The position numbers and the translations under genes were made by a program. Positions 55,003-64,000 of a stretch of DNA of 64,000 nucleotides are shown in pieces. Every line of letters begins with the position of its first letter. Within the stretch, counting starts at the first letter, position 1. The stretch lies in contig CAWJDD010000005.1 in NCBI GenBank assembly GCA_963841595.1, positions 361,264 to 425,263 on the forward strand. The letters run 5' to 3'. Source of the stretch: an uncultured Alphaproteobacteria bacterium (GTDB taxonomy: Bacteria; Pseudomonadota; Alphaproteobacteria; Rhodobacterales; Rhodobacteraceae). The notes below the pieces were generated by a model. The model was not told the DNA's origin. It did not search any database and worked only from the letters and a program-made list of their open reading frames with translations.

Positions 55003-55431
55003 TTACCCTTTCACCTCGATACCCATCGACCTGGCCGAGCCAAGGATGATCTTCATCGCCTGTTCGATGTCATTGGCCGAAAGGTCCTTCATCTTGGTTT
55101 CGGCAATCTCGCGCACCTGCTTGGTGCTGACCGAACCAACGATCTCGCGCGATGGTGTCTTGGCACCCGACTTTAGCTTGGCGGCTTTCTTCAGAAGGTA
55201 AGACGCAGGCGGCGTCTTGATGTCCATCGAAAAGGACTTGTCCTGATAATAGGTGATGATGGTCGGGCAGGGTGCGCCCGGTTCCTGGTCCTGCGTCTTG
55301 GCGTTAAACGCCTTGCAGAATTCCATGATATTGATGCCGCGCTGACCCAGTGCCGGTCCGACCGGCGGGGAGGGGTTCGCTTGTCCGGCGGGCACCTGAA
55401 GCTTCATGGTGCCGGCTATCTTCTTGGCCAT
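55003..55431 (-). CDS. rplK: 50S ribosomal protein L11
   Basis: 142 aa. [32 protein letters not shown]. Confidence 0.98.
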   Translation of the reverse strand: MAKKIAGTMKLQVPAGQANPSPPVGPALGQRGINIMEFCKAFNAKTQDQEPGAPCPTIITYYQDKSFSMDIKTPPASYLLKKAAKLKSGAKTPSREIVGSVSTKQVREIAETKMKDLSANDIEQAMKIILGSARSMGIEVKG

Positions 55432-55714
55432 GACTGGCCTCCTTTCTCAACTCCGTTGGAACGCGTCCCAGCGGATATGGTTGATGTGGTCCGGTCCGGA
55501 CATCGCGTTGCCCTCGCCTCCCACTTGGTTCGTCCGCAAAGCAGACTGGAGGGGGGTACACCCGTTACTGGGCCGTTTCAAGCGTTTTGATGCTACACCG
55601 GGCGGTGAGCCCCTTCATCCTCATAGGCAAGCTGGCAGCGGTATTTCCGTCAAAGCGCCGTTTTTTGGCCAACTTTTCTGGTGATTCTTGTGGAACCAAA
55701 AACTTAGGTGACCC

Positions 55715-56332
55715 ATGAGCCAACTTGAACAGATACAAATGATCCGAGAGTTGTCGATCCTTGTGACGGCGGAAAGCGCCGGAATTCAGCGGGTGATCGA
55801 GGATGCTATGGGGATTCAACCCTTCCCAACGCCGATCCGTGACCAGATGGTTGCCTTGCTGATGCCCGAGTTTCCGCATTTGAGGCTGGAGCCGAAAGTC
55901 ATGGCTGATGCCGATGGCAACTCGTATGCAATAGTTACTCTGTCGGTTGATGAATTCGAGCCTGCCGAGACGCGTATCACAGAATTGCTGGCCGGTTTCG
56001 CCTTCAAATTCGAACGCTCAGAATTCGAAGCACGCGACGAGGGCGCGCCTTACAAATCCATCGAAGTCTATTACGACATCGCCGATATCCCGTCGGGCTA
56101 TGACCATTATCTGGACTTCAGAAACGAAGCAATGGAGCTGATCGAAAACGCTCTGGACGCGGCCGGTGCCGGCGAATGGTCAGGCGCTGAAAGCGGGATG
56201 GGCGAAGTCAATTTTGGCTTCGAAGTGGAAGATGTCGAGCGGGCGGAAAAGATCGTGCGTGCAACGGTCAAAGGAACACCCTTCGACTGCATCCGCGAGA
56301 TTACCCGTTATGAGGAAAAGGCAGACGCCTGA
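55715..56332 (+). CDS. hypothetical protein wedged between nusG and rplK
   Basis: 205-aa acidic ORF. No family recognised. Its stop abuts the nusG stop. Confidence 0.5.
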   Translation: MSQLEQIQMIRELSILVTAESAGIQRVIEDAMGIQPFPTPIRDQMVALLMPEFPHLRLEPKVMADADGNSYAIVTLSVDEFEPAETRITELLAGFAFKFERSEFEARDEGAPYKSIEVYYDIADIPSGYDHYLDFRNEAMELIENALDAAGAGEWSGAESGMGEVNFGFEVEDVERAEKIVRATVKGTPFDCIREITRYEEKADA

Positions 56333-56866
56333 TCACCCCTGCTTGGAAACCTGCGTGAATTCCAGTTCGACAGGCGTCGCACGGCCAAAGATTGAAACCG
56401 TGACCTTCAGACGCTGGTTGTCCTCGTCGACTTCTTCGACCATGCCGTCGAAATCCTCGAACGGGCCTTCGTTCACCTTGACCTGCTCGCCAACTTCGAA
56501 CGAGATCAAAGTTCGTGGAGCGGCCTCGCCTTCTTCAACGCGGCCAAGGATCGACTGAACTTCGGCGTCGCGCATCGGCATCGGGCGACCCTGAGGCCCA
56601 AGAAAACCGGTGACGCGATTGATCGAGTTGATCAGGTGATAGCCCTCGTCCGACATTTCCATGCGCACCAGAACATACCCGGGCATAAAGCGACGCTCGG
56701 CGGTGACTTTCTTGCCGCGGCGCATTTCGATGACTTCTTCGGTCGGCACCAGAACTTCTTCGATCTGATCCTGCAGACCGGCATCTTCGACCGAATGACG
56801 GATCTGTTCGGCGACCTTCTTTTCAAAGTTCGAAAGAACGCTCACAGAATACCAGCGCTTCGCCAT
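56333..56866 (-). CDS. nusG: transcription termination/antitermination factor NusG
   Basis: 177 aa. NGN plus KOW domains (…FEVGEQVKVNEGPFEDFDGMVEEVD…). Confidence 0.97.
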   Translation of the reverse strand: MAKRWYSVSVLSNFEKKVAEQIRHSVEDAGLQDQIEEVLVPTEEVIEMRRGKKVTAERRFMPGYVLVRMEMSDEGYHLINSINRVTGFLGPQGRPMPMRDAEVQSILGRVEEGEAAPRTLISFEVGEQVKVNEGPFEDFDGMVEEVDEDNQRLKVTVSIFGRATPVELEFTQVSKQG

Positions 56867-56981
56867 TGGTCGGGATCCTTCGCATGGGGCAGATTGGGAC
56901 TGCCGGAATTAAAAGGGGCGTGCACTTGGCACGCCTCAAGTCCGGGCACATACCTGCCCTCTGCAAGGAATTCAAGAGTGG

Positions 56982-57182
56982 TCAGGTGCCGAAATAGCGA
57001 AGTACAACTTCGAGGCCCGAAAAGATGACCCGGTCGATCACCCAAAAGAACGCAGCAGTAAGTATAGCAAGGACAAACACCATAGCGCTGGTCAGCACGA
57101 CTTCACGCCGCGTCGGCCAAACGACTTTTGAAACTTCGGCGCGTACTTGCTGAATGAACTGAAGCGGGTTCAGGGTGGCCAT
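56982..57182 (-). CDS. secE: preprotein translocase subunit SecE
   Basis: 66 aa. ...EVSKVVWPTRREV... single TM. Confidence 0.92.
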   Translation of the reverse strand: MATLNPLQFIQQVRAEVSKVVWPTRREVVLTSAMVFVLAILTAAFFWVIDRVIFSGLEVVLRYFGT

Positions 57183-57209
57183 GTGTCAGGGTCCTTTTGC
57201 GTTTGAGCG

Positions 57210-57238
57210 CAGATACGCGCTTCCCCGCTGCGTTTCAA
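57210..57238 (-). promoter_or_regulatory. candidate promoter of secE-nusG
   Basis: Minus strand TTGAAA-N17-TATCTG ending about 28 nt upstream of the secE ATG. Confidence 0.4.
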
Positions 57239-57285
57239 CCCTTGGCTCACTATGCCCCAAGCGACGTGTTTGAATGGTCTGGGGT

Positions 57286-57984
57286 CTAGTTCTGCTCAAA
57301 AACCCGCGCCGGGTGCAGGTCCAACGCTTTTGCCTTCAAGCCCGCGGCGTCAATCGCCTGTTTCAACTGGTCGCTTAGGAAGAAGCGGTAATTGAGCATC
57401 GGATCATGCCAAAGGTCGGCTCCTGCCACAGCTTCCGCGCGAACGGCCAAGACGTCTCGGCTATAGTTCGGACTCCAAGGCATGGTCGGCGGGGGCTCGG
57501 TTTTCCCAAAAGGGATGATCTGTTTGATGTTTTCTGACAGCTCCGGAATAACCGTTTCCTTCGGCGCATGGACATTCAACACGTAATGGTTGGGCAGGCC
57601 GGACGGTGTCCCGTCCTCATCCGCATGGATTGGCACCTCAAACAACTGTGTATCGCCGATATCGAATTGAACCAACACGTCGCGCAGGTCCGGGGAAATG
57701 ACAAGCACGCCGCCAATAATCTTGAATGCATCCTGCGCGCTCTTTGGGATCGACCTATCACTTTCAAAATAAAGCGTCTTCGGGGCGATCTCGGGTGGGA
57801 CTGTTTGCCAGAGATACTTGAATGCATTGATGAACTCGAGTTGTTTGCCGTCGCTCGTCCAATCGAAGGCAACCAAATCCAAATACATTGGGAAACGCGA
57901 CACCCAAATTTTGGGGCTTTCAACTTCACGCCATTCGCTCAACACAAATTCCCAATTCAGACGTGACTGCTGGATGTGGCGCAC
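57286..57984 (-). CDS. Imm11 (DUF1629)-like immunity-family protein
   Basis: 232 aa (GTG start uncertain). ...QLFEVPIH...HYVLNVH... and C-terminal ...DLWHDP...FFLSDQLKQAIDAAGLKA... match my recollection of the DUF1629/Imm11 pattern. Confidence 0.55.
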   Translation of the reverse strand: MRHIQQSRLNWEFVLSEWREVESPKIWVSRFPMYLDLVAFDWTSDGKQLEFINAFKYLWQTVPPEIAPKTLYFESDRSIPKSAQDAFKIIGGVLVISPDLRDVLVQFDIGDTQLFEVPIHADEDGTPSGLPNHYVLNVHAPKETVIPELSENIKQIIPFGKTEPPPTMPWSPNYSRDVLAVRAEAVAGADLWHDPMLNYRFFLSDQLKQAIDAAGLKAKALDLHPARVFEQN

Positions 57985-58004
57985 CTAATCCTGAGAGTGG
58001 CCAG

Positions 58005-58376
58005 CTAGAGTTCAAGCGTTTCCGACCGGGCCCGCAGACGACCGAGCGGCGAATCCGCATCTGGTCCGTGCGCGTTCTCGGGCGGGACGTCCAGATCAGG
58101 GTTCGCTTTCCCGGTCTCGGTCGGCGTCAGTTTCTGCATGACGTCGGCGCTGGAAACCCTTGGTTGATTGGCTTTCTCCCGCACCTCAAGCGATTTCTGA
58201 AAGCCGCCAAAGCCAAGCAGAAACGCCAATATCCCGCCGACAAGCCAGATCTTGTTTAGGTCAAATTCGGCCTCTGCCGCCTGAAACGCCATCTGTACCG
58301 AATAGGTGCCTGCCAACGCACAAATAGCCAAAAGGTAAAACCCGATGGGTGGCAAAAAATTGAACATTCGGAGCAT
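58005..58376 (-). CDS. small membrane protein (2 TM, disordered tail)
   Basis: 123 aa from the ATG at 58376 (RBS GGAGGG). Confidence 0.5.
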   Translation of the reverse strand: MLRMFNFLPPIGFYLLAICALAGTYSVQMAFQAAEAEFDLNKIWLVGGILAFLLGFGGFQKSLEVREKANQPRVSSADVMQKLTPTETGKANPDLDVPPENAHGPDADSPLGRLRARSETLEL

Positions 58377-58558
58377 AGCGCCCTCCGTTGTTGCCCAAGG
58401 GAAAAGCACCACGCAAAATAGGCGAAATTGTGTCCAAATCGGAATAAATGTTGGCTTTTGGCAGGGGCGAGGTGTGGAAGCCAAGACACTTGATCGAAGG
58501 TTACAGACCCAATGACGGTCGTTGGAATATCACATGCGTTTGGCTAAACAGGCAAAAT

Positions 58559-59320
58559 TCAAATCAAGCTGCCGTCATCTTCTTCGGAAACCAGCATCTT
58601 CGCACCCCCGACAGCCGCAGCGACAAGACCCTTCTTTGCAACGCGTTGCAGGCTATTGGAGTTTGCCGCATGGCGCCACCGCCGTCTGATAATCGCGGCG
58701 ATCATCGACAGCCAGATCAGCAGAACCGCCGCCGCACCGGTGATATAGTAAAAAATTGGACGCGCTTCGACGCGGATGTCCCGCCCTTCGAAATACGGAT
58801 CCAGATAGAGGAAATTTGAAGACATGGTGACCCCAAGGTCTTCGGCCGCCAACCTGACCTCTTCATGCGTTACATAAGGCATGATCGGCGGAACACCGAC
58901 CAGTTCGTAAAGCCCGCCAATCGGTCCTTCTCCTAAGTGGACGCTTTCCAGATATGCGATCATGTCATCGGCCTCGTAACTATCGAAAGCAATAGCGCCA
59001 AGCACCTCGCGAACTGTCCCGTCCTTTACCGGATCAAAAAAGAAAATAATCGGATATTCTATGTCGCCTTGCGCCGTGCTCTCCCAATAGGTGTAGGCAA
59101 TTTCATCGTTCATTTGCACCTGGACTGCCACTTCGTCGAACCAGGGAAAGCCCCGAATCTTGCCAAGTTCCGAGGCCGCAATCGCCTTTGGAATGCCTGC
59201 TGATCGGGCGTCTTACTTTTGAAATTCATAATGGACAAGGGCGCCGGTGGCCGCGCATGCGGCCAGACCTGCGATAAACATCAGGAAGGGAAAAGGAATA
59301 AATCGAAGAATCCACGACAT
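58559..59320 (-). CDS. hypothetical protein with N- and C-terminal TM segments, interrupted by in-frame TAA
   Basis: ATG at 59320 (RBS GGAG) opens a 35-codon TM peptide. TAA at 59213..59215 is in the same frame as ORF 58559..59131. Confidence 0.4.
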
Positions 59321-59414
59321 TTCTATGCTCCGCATTTAATATAGAGTTAAGAAAACCTGCGATTGAGTTGGAAGTTGGTCTGTTCGGCGACAATATCATG
59401 CCGGACTAGTTTAT

Positions 59415-59490
59415 TGGCAGGGGCGGAGGGGCTCGAACCCACGACCTACGGTTTTGGAGACCGTCGCTCTGCCAACTGAGCTACACCCCT
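59415..59490 (-). tRNA. tRNA-Trp (anticodon CCA)
   Basis: AGGGGTGTAGCTCAGTTGGCAGAGCGACGGTCTCCAAAACCGTAGGTCGTGGGTTCGAGCCCCTCCGCCCCTGCCA folds as a cloverleaf. Confidence 0.93.
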
Positions 59491-59549
59491 ATGGCCGAGG
59501 GACGGGTTACGGCAGGTGTTCCGTGAAATCAAGGTCGAAACGAACCAGG

Positions 59550-60839
59550 TCAGTACTTCAGCCTAAGTTGCGCGGCTTCGACATATTTGCCAGCACCGAT
59601 CAGTTCGATCGCAAAGGCGCCGACACGATCTGCCGGAAGCCCCGCAGCAATTGCTTCGTCGAAACGGTTCAGGCCAGCCGCAACTTCGCCGTCATGAACA
59701 AGTGTGATCGCAATGTAGTAATGCGCCCAGGGATCACTAACGCCCATGTCCAGTGACGTCTCGGCGGCGGTTCGTGCAAGCGCGTAGTCACCCAATTCCA
59801 ATGCGATATAGCTGCGAAGCAGGTGGTCGGAGTAGTCGACGCCGCTTAACTCCAACCCGCGGTCAATCACTGTCAAAGCCTCGCTAAAGCGCCCGTCGAT
59901 GGTCAGCGTGTCAGCGTACCAGTAAAGGATCGCGTTGTTCGGCCCAACTGTTTCTTCGGCCCGAACATAGGTCTCAATAGCCTCTGCACGGCGTTGCAGT
60001 GCGATCAGGGCATGGCTCTTTTCAATATAGCCCGAAGAACGCATTGGATAGGCGTCGATCAAACGATCGGCCTCTCGCAATGCCTGAGCATTCCGATCAA
60101 GCTTGCGAAGCGCGATAACGCGATACACCTGGGTTGGAAAATCCTGTGGGGCGTCTGCCAGAATGTCCCCAAAGACGGAAAGCGCAGTTTCGCCTTCGCC
60201 GCGCGCAAGAAGGGCCCGCCCTTTGCCATACCGCGAGTTCAGATCTTCAGGGTCAATGTCCAGTGCGGCTTCGAACTGTGCCAGCGCCTGATCAAGCTTG
60301 CCTTCGTCCAGAAGGCTCCATGCAACTTCACGAACGGCCCAGATGTAATCGGGGTCGATCGTCAAGGCAGCGGCCAGCATCTGGCGGGCTTCGTCATTGT
60401 TGATCAAGCCAAGACGCCGCGCCGCGCCCGCCTTGCCCGCCAACCCCTGAACCGAAACGTCGATGATCAGCGATGTCTCAAATGCTTCATAGGCGGCCCG
60501 GCTGCCCTCGGCTTCCCACAAGGCCCAGCCAAGCCCGTTCCAGGCTTCGACAGATTTCGGGTCAATGCCGGTTGCCTCGCGATAGCTGCTGACGGCCTCG
60601 GGATACTGATCCTGCCAAATATGCCCATCACCGCGTGCGATCATCATTTCAACGCGCTGGCTCTGTGTCAGACCTGCATCTGTCAGCGCTCCATCACAAG
60701 CCTCGACAATGCGGGCGGGTGTTTCCGTCCGCGCAAGGCAGATGCGGGCCAGTGTATCTTCGGATGACGTGACAAGGGGTTTTGCAACGATGGGCGTTGC
60801 AGTTGCCATTACAGCAATCAGGCCGAGACAGACACGCAT
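59550..60839 (-). CDS. secreted tetratricopeptide-repeat protein
   Basis: 429 aa. Signal peptide followed by multiple TPR-like repeats. Confidence 0.75.
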   Translation of the reverse strand: MRVCLGLIAVMATATPIVAKPLVTSSEDTLARICLARTETPARIVEACDGALTDAGLTQSQRVEMMIARGDGHIWQDQYPEAVSSYREATGIDPKSVEAWNGLGWALWEAEGSRAAYEAFETSLIIDVSVQGLAGKAGAARRLGLINNDEARQMLAAALTIDPDYIWAVREVAWSLLDEGKLDQALAQFEAALDIDPEDLNSRYGKGRALLARGEGETALSVFGDILADAPQDFPTQVYRVIALRKLDRNAQALREADRLIDAYPMRSSGYIEKSHALIALQRRAEAIETYVRAEETVGPNNAILYWYADTLTIDGRFSEALTVIDRGLELSGVDYSDHLLRSYIALELGDYALARTAAETSLDMGVSDPWAHYYIAITLVHDGEVAAGLNRFDEAIAAGLPADRVGAFAIELIGAGKYVEAAQLRLKY

Positions 60840-61033
60840 GTCTTACTCCAAAAATGCGCCCCCCAAGGGTCAATGGCGTCATACGGCACCGACAAACGCG
60901 CTATTTTGAGGCCATTTTGGGGGAAATTAAGGCAGACACGCTCGCTCACATGTGAGGTGCCGGAAGGTTGAGTGGTTTGTGAACACTTTCCGCGTCTAGG
61001 CTGAGTTCGAACACGCCCAGATGGAGACCCCCG

Positions 61034-61567
61034 ATGAACCACCTTCCCCTTGGACGACGCGCCTTCCTTGGCGCGGCCGTCGCTTCAACCGCACTTTTGT
61101 CAAAAACCGAGCCTGCAAAGGCGTTGGACAGCGAGGATACCTTTCAATATCCGGTGACGCACAGTGATGCCGAATGGCGCGAACGACTAAGCGAGATCGA
61201 GCATTACGTTCTGCGCGGTCGCGGCACCGAAGCGCCCCATTCCAGCGTTTTATGGGAAAACACCGCCGTTGGGACTTATTGCTGCAAAGGGTGCGATCTG
61301 ACGCTTTACGACAGCCTGCAAAAGATCGAACTGGACAAGGGTTGGGCCTTCTTTCGCCATTCACACAAAGATGCGGTGATGACCGATCTTGATCTTGGAT
61401 TGGGCGACATGGGCGATCCCTTTGCTGAAATGAACGCAATGATGGAGGTTCATTGCCGCCGGTGCGGCTCGCATCTGGGGCATATCGTGGCGCTGCCCGA
61501 AGTGAAGGGGCGACCTATCCACTGCATCAACGGTTTTGCGCTTTCGTTCCAGCCGAAAAGCGCGTGA
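61034..61567 (+). CDS. msrB: MsrB (SelR) domain methionine-R-sulfoxide reductase with Tat signal
   Basis: GRRAFLGAAV twin-arginine signal. CKGC and CRRCGSHLGH zinc motifs. HCINGFAL catalytic region. Confidence 0.8.
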   Translation: MNHLPLGRRAFLGAAVASTALLSKTEPAKALDSEDTFQYPVTHSDAEWRERLSEIEHYVLRGRGTEAPHSSVLWENTAVGTYCCKGCDLTLYDSLQKIELDKGWAFFRHSHKDAVMTDLDLGLGDMGDPFAEMNAMMEVHCRRCGSHLGHIVALPEVKGRPIHCINGFALSFQPKSA

Positions 61568-61872
61568 GGTTAGGCAGGCAGGACGTTTGGCAAGAGCGGC
61601 GCGCTTAGCGAAGCGATGCCTGTGCATGAAGAATAGCTCGACGCCGTGCCTGCAAAAGACCAAATCGCAAGAAAGACCAACGAGAAAAAGAACAGGCAGT
61701 TAAGAAGCGGACGATGGTCTGCCAACCGCTCCGTTGTCGCGTCGTGAAAATGGAACATGGAAAGCCAATCCTTGATCGTTAATTTAATCATTGTAACAGT
61801 AAACAAGAATATTGGCGATACTTAGACAACCGAAGCTGGGACAATGATACCCATGGGTAGCAGCCGGATAAC

Positions 61873-61902
61873 AAAAAAGGGCGCATCGAAACCGATGCGC
61901 CC
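61873..61902 (-). terminator. rho-independent terminator after cspA
   Basis: On the minus strand GGGCGCATCG-GTTT-CGATGCGCCC followed by TTTTTT. Confidence 0.85.
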
Positions 61903-61940
61903 AAATTATAAGCTTTCGTTCCCCGTAAGGGGATTGGTCG

Positions 61941-62147
61941 TTAGACCAGTACGATGTTCGACGCGCTTTCGCGGCCGTCGCGACCAGCTTCGATCTCGAA
62001 AGTTACTTTCTGATCATCATTCAGGCTGGTCAGACCAGCTTGCTCCAGCGCAGAGATGTGGACGAAAACGTCCTTGCCGCCCCCATCAGGTGCGATAAAG
62101 CCGAAGCCTTTTGTAGAATTAAACCATTTGACGGTGCCATTAGCCAT
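61941..62147 (-). CDS. cspA: cold-shock protein (CspA family)
   Basis: 68 aa. MANGTVKWFNSTKGFGFI... Confidence 0.95.
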   Translation of the reverse strand: MANGTVKWFNSTKGFGFIAPDGGGKDVFVHISALEQAGLTSLNDDQKVTFEIEAGRDGRESASNIVLV

Positions 62148-62353
62148 CGTCGTTCTCCTTATTGAAATCCGCCCGCAGGATGCGGCGGACCGGCAAAGTC
62201 AGTGCAAGATCGTAAGACTGAGCCGAAAGGAGCAGTGATGCCGATAATGGTAACGTCGCAGGCACCCAATGCGGCCATTTCGAGCGAAATGCAAGGAAAT
62301 TACGATTCTGTAACGATTGCTCGCGAAAACTGGTCACTGTAGGCCGCCCAATG

Positions 62354-62383
62354 AAAAAAGGCCCCGCAGATGCAGGGCCTTTC
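62354..62383 (-). terminator. rho-independent terminator after tuf copy 2
   Basis: RNA GGCCCUGC-AUCU-GCGGGGCC followed by UUUUUU. Confidence 0.8.
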
Positions 62384-62402
62384 AAAAAACAGTCTCTAAA
62401 GC

Positions 62403-63578
<1,176 letters not shown>

Positions 63579-63642
63579 GCCCTTAGCCTCTAGTTGAATT
63601 TACCGGGCGGCAGGTATGTCATCGGGGACAGAAAATCAAGCG

Positions 63643-64000
63643 TCAGTTGGCCGCTTCTGCGGCAACTGCAATGTCTTCGGTGGTTGACGCATCAATTGGG
63701 GGCGCGTCGGTCGTGACATCATAGGGCACGCGCACCTGTCCGGGACGCGGCGTGAACCAATCGGGGTTCTCTTTCAGCCAGTCTTCGATCTCGCGCGCCA
63801 CGCCTTCGGTCAGGTTGACAAGTTGTTCATCAGCGGACCGGACATAGCCCGATCCGAGAATTGGAACCGCGTTCCGAAATCCTTCCCCCGAGGTGATCCG
63901 CTTAGGCTTTTCGTTTAGTTTCTTTTGCGTCGTATTGTCGAAAATGGTGACGTCCACGATCATCACCGAGTGCGGCGCATAGATCACCGGCACACCCGGT
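63643..64000 (-). CDS. hypothetical protein, probably 5'-truncated by the window edge
   Basis: ORF 63643..63993 stays open to the window end. No family recognised. Confidence 0.4.
   Translation of the reverse strand, partial: PGVPVIYAPHSVMIVDVTIFDNTTQKKLNEKPKRITSGEGFRNAVPILGSGYVRSADEQLVNLTEGVAREIEDWLKENPDWFTPRPGQVRVPYDVTTDAPPIDASTTEDIAVAAEAAN

Noticed and set aside
57183-57290. Direct repeat of the tRNA-Trp 3' end (att site) at the secE-proximal edge of the inserted cluster
   Set aside because: I could find no copy of the tRNA 3' segment by eye, so I cannot call the cluster an integrative element.
61570-61806. 78-aa minus-strand ORF with one TM-like segment between msrB and the cspA terminator
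   Set aside because: It has no clear RBS and no recognisable family, lies in AT-richer spacer, and ends 3 nt after the msrB stop. That is too weak to annotate, although a small membrane protein cannot be excluded.

Overview
GC-rich alphaproteobacterial (Rhodobacteraceae-like) chromosome segment dominated by the transcription/translation core. It holds rplJL, rpoBC, rpsL-rpsG-fusA-tuf, the S10 operon from rpsJ to rplP, rplKA, nusG, secE, tRNA-Trp, tRNA-Leu and a second tuf copy. It also holds a metabolic and regulatory block: pckA, chvI-chvG-hprK-rapZ-EIIA(Man)-HPr, hbd, etfBA, parC, an acyl-CoA dehydrogenase, a family II pyrophosphatase and recO. Three points stand out. (1) About 35 single-base indels, nearly all +1 insertions, sit in patches and break essential genes (rpoB, rpoC, fusA, tuf, rplD, rpsC, parC and others). 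I read these as consensus errors, so coordinates for those genes are outer boundaries only. (2) The conserved ribosomal superoperon is rearranged: rplJL lies about 50 kb from rplKA and diverges from rpoBC, and the S10 operon stops after rplP. (3) Small, often lower-GC orphan genes are wedged into normally tight junctions: rplW|rplB, nusG|rplK, tRNA-Trp|secE and after rplP. One is an Imm11/DUF1629-like orphan immunity gene, and the rplW|rplB insert also carries a roughly 400-nt GC-rich structured non-coding island. I saw no CRISPR array, IS element, integrase or recognisable defence operon, and I cannot point to a convincing novel multi-gene system. All family assignments are from motif recognition by eye, not from searches.
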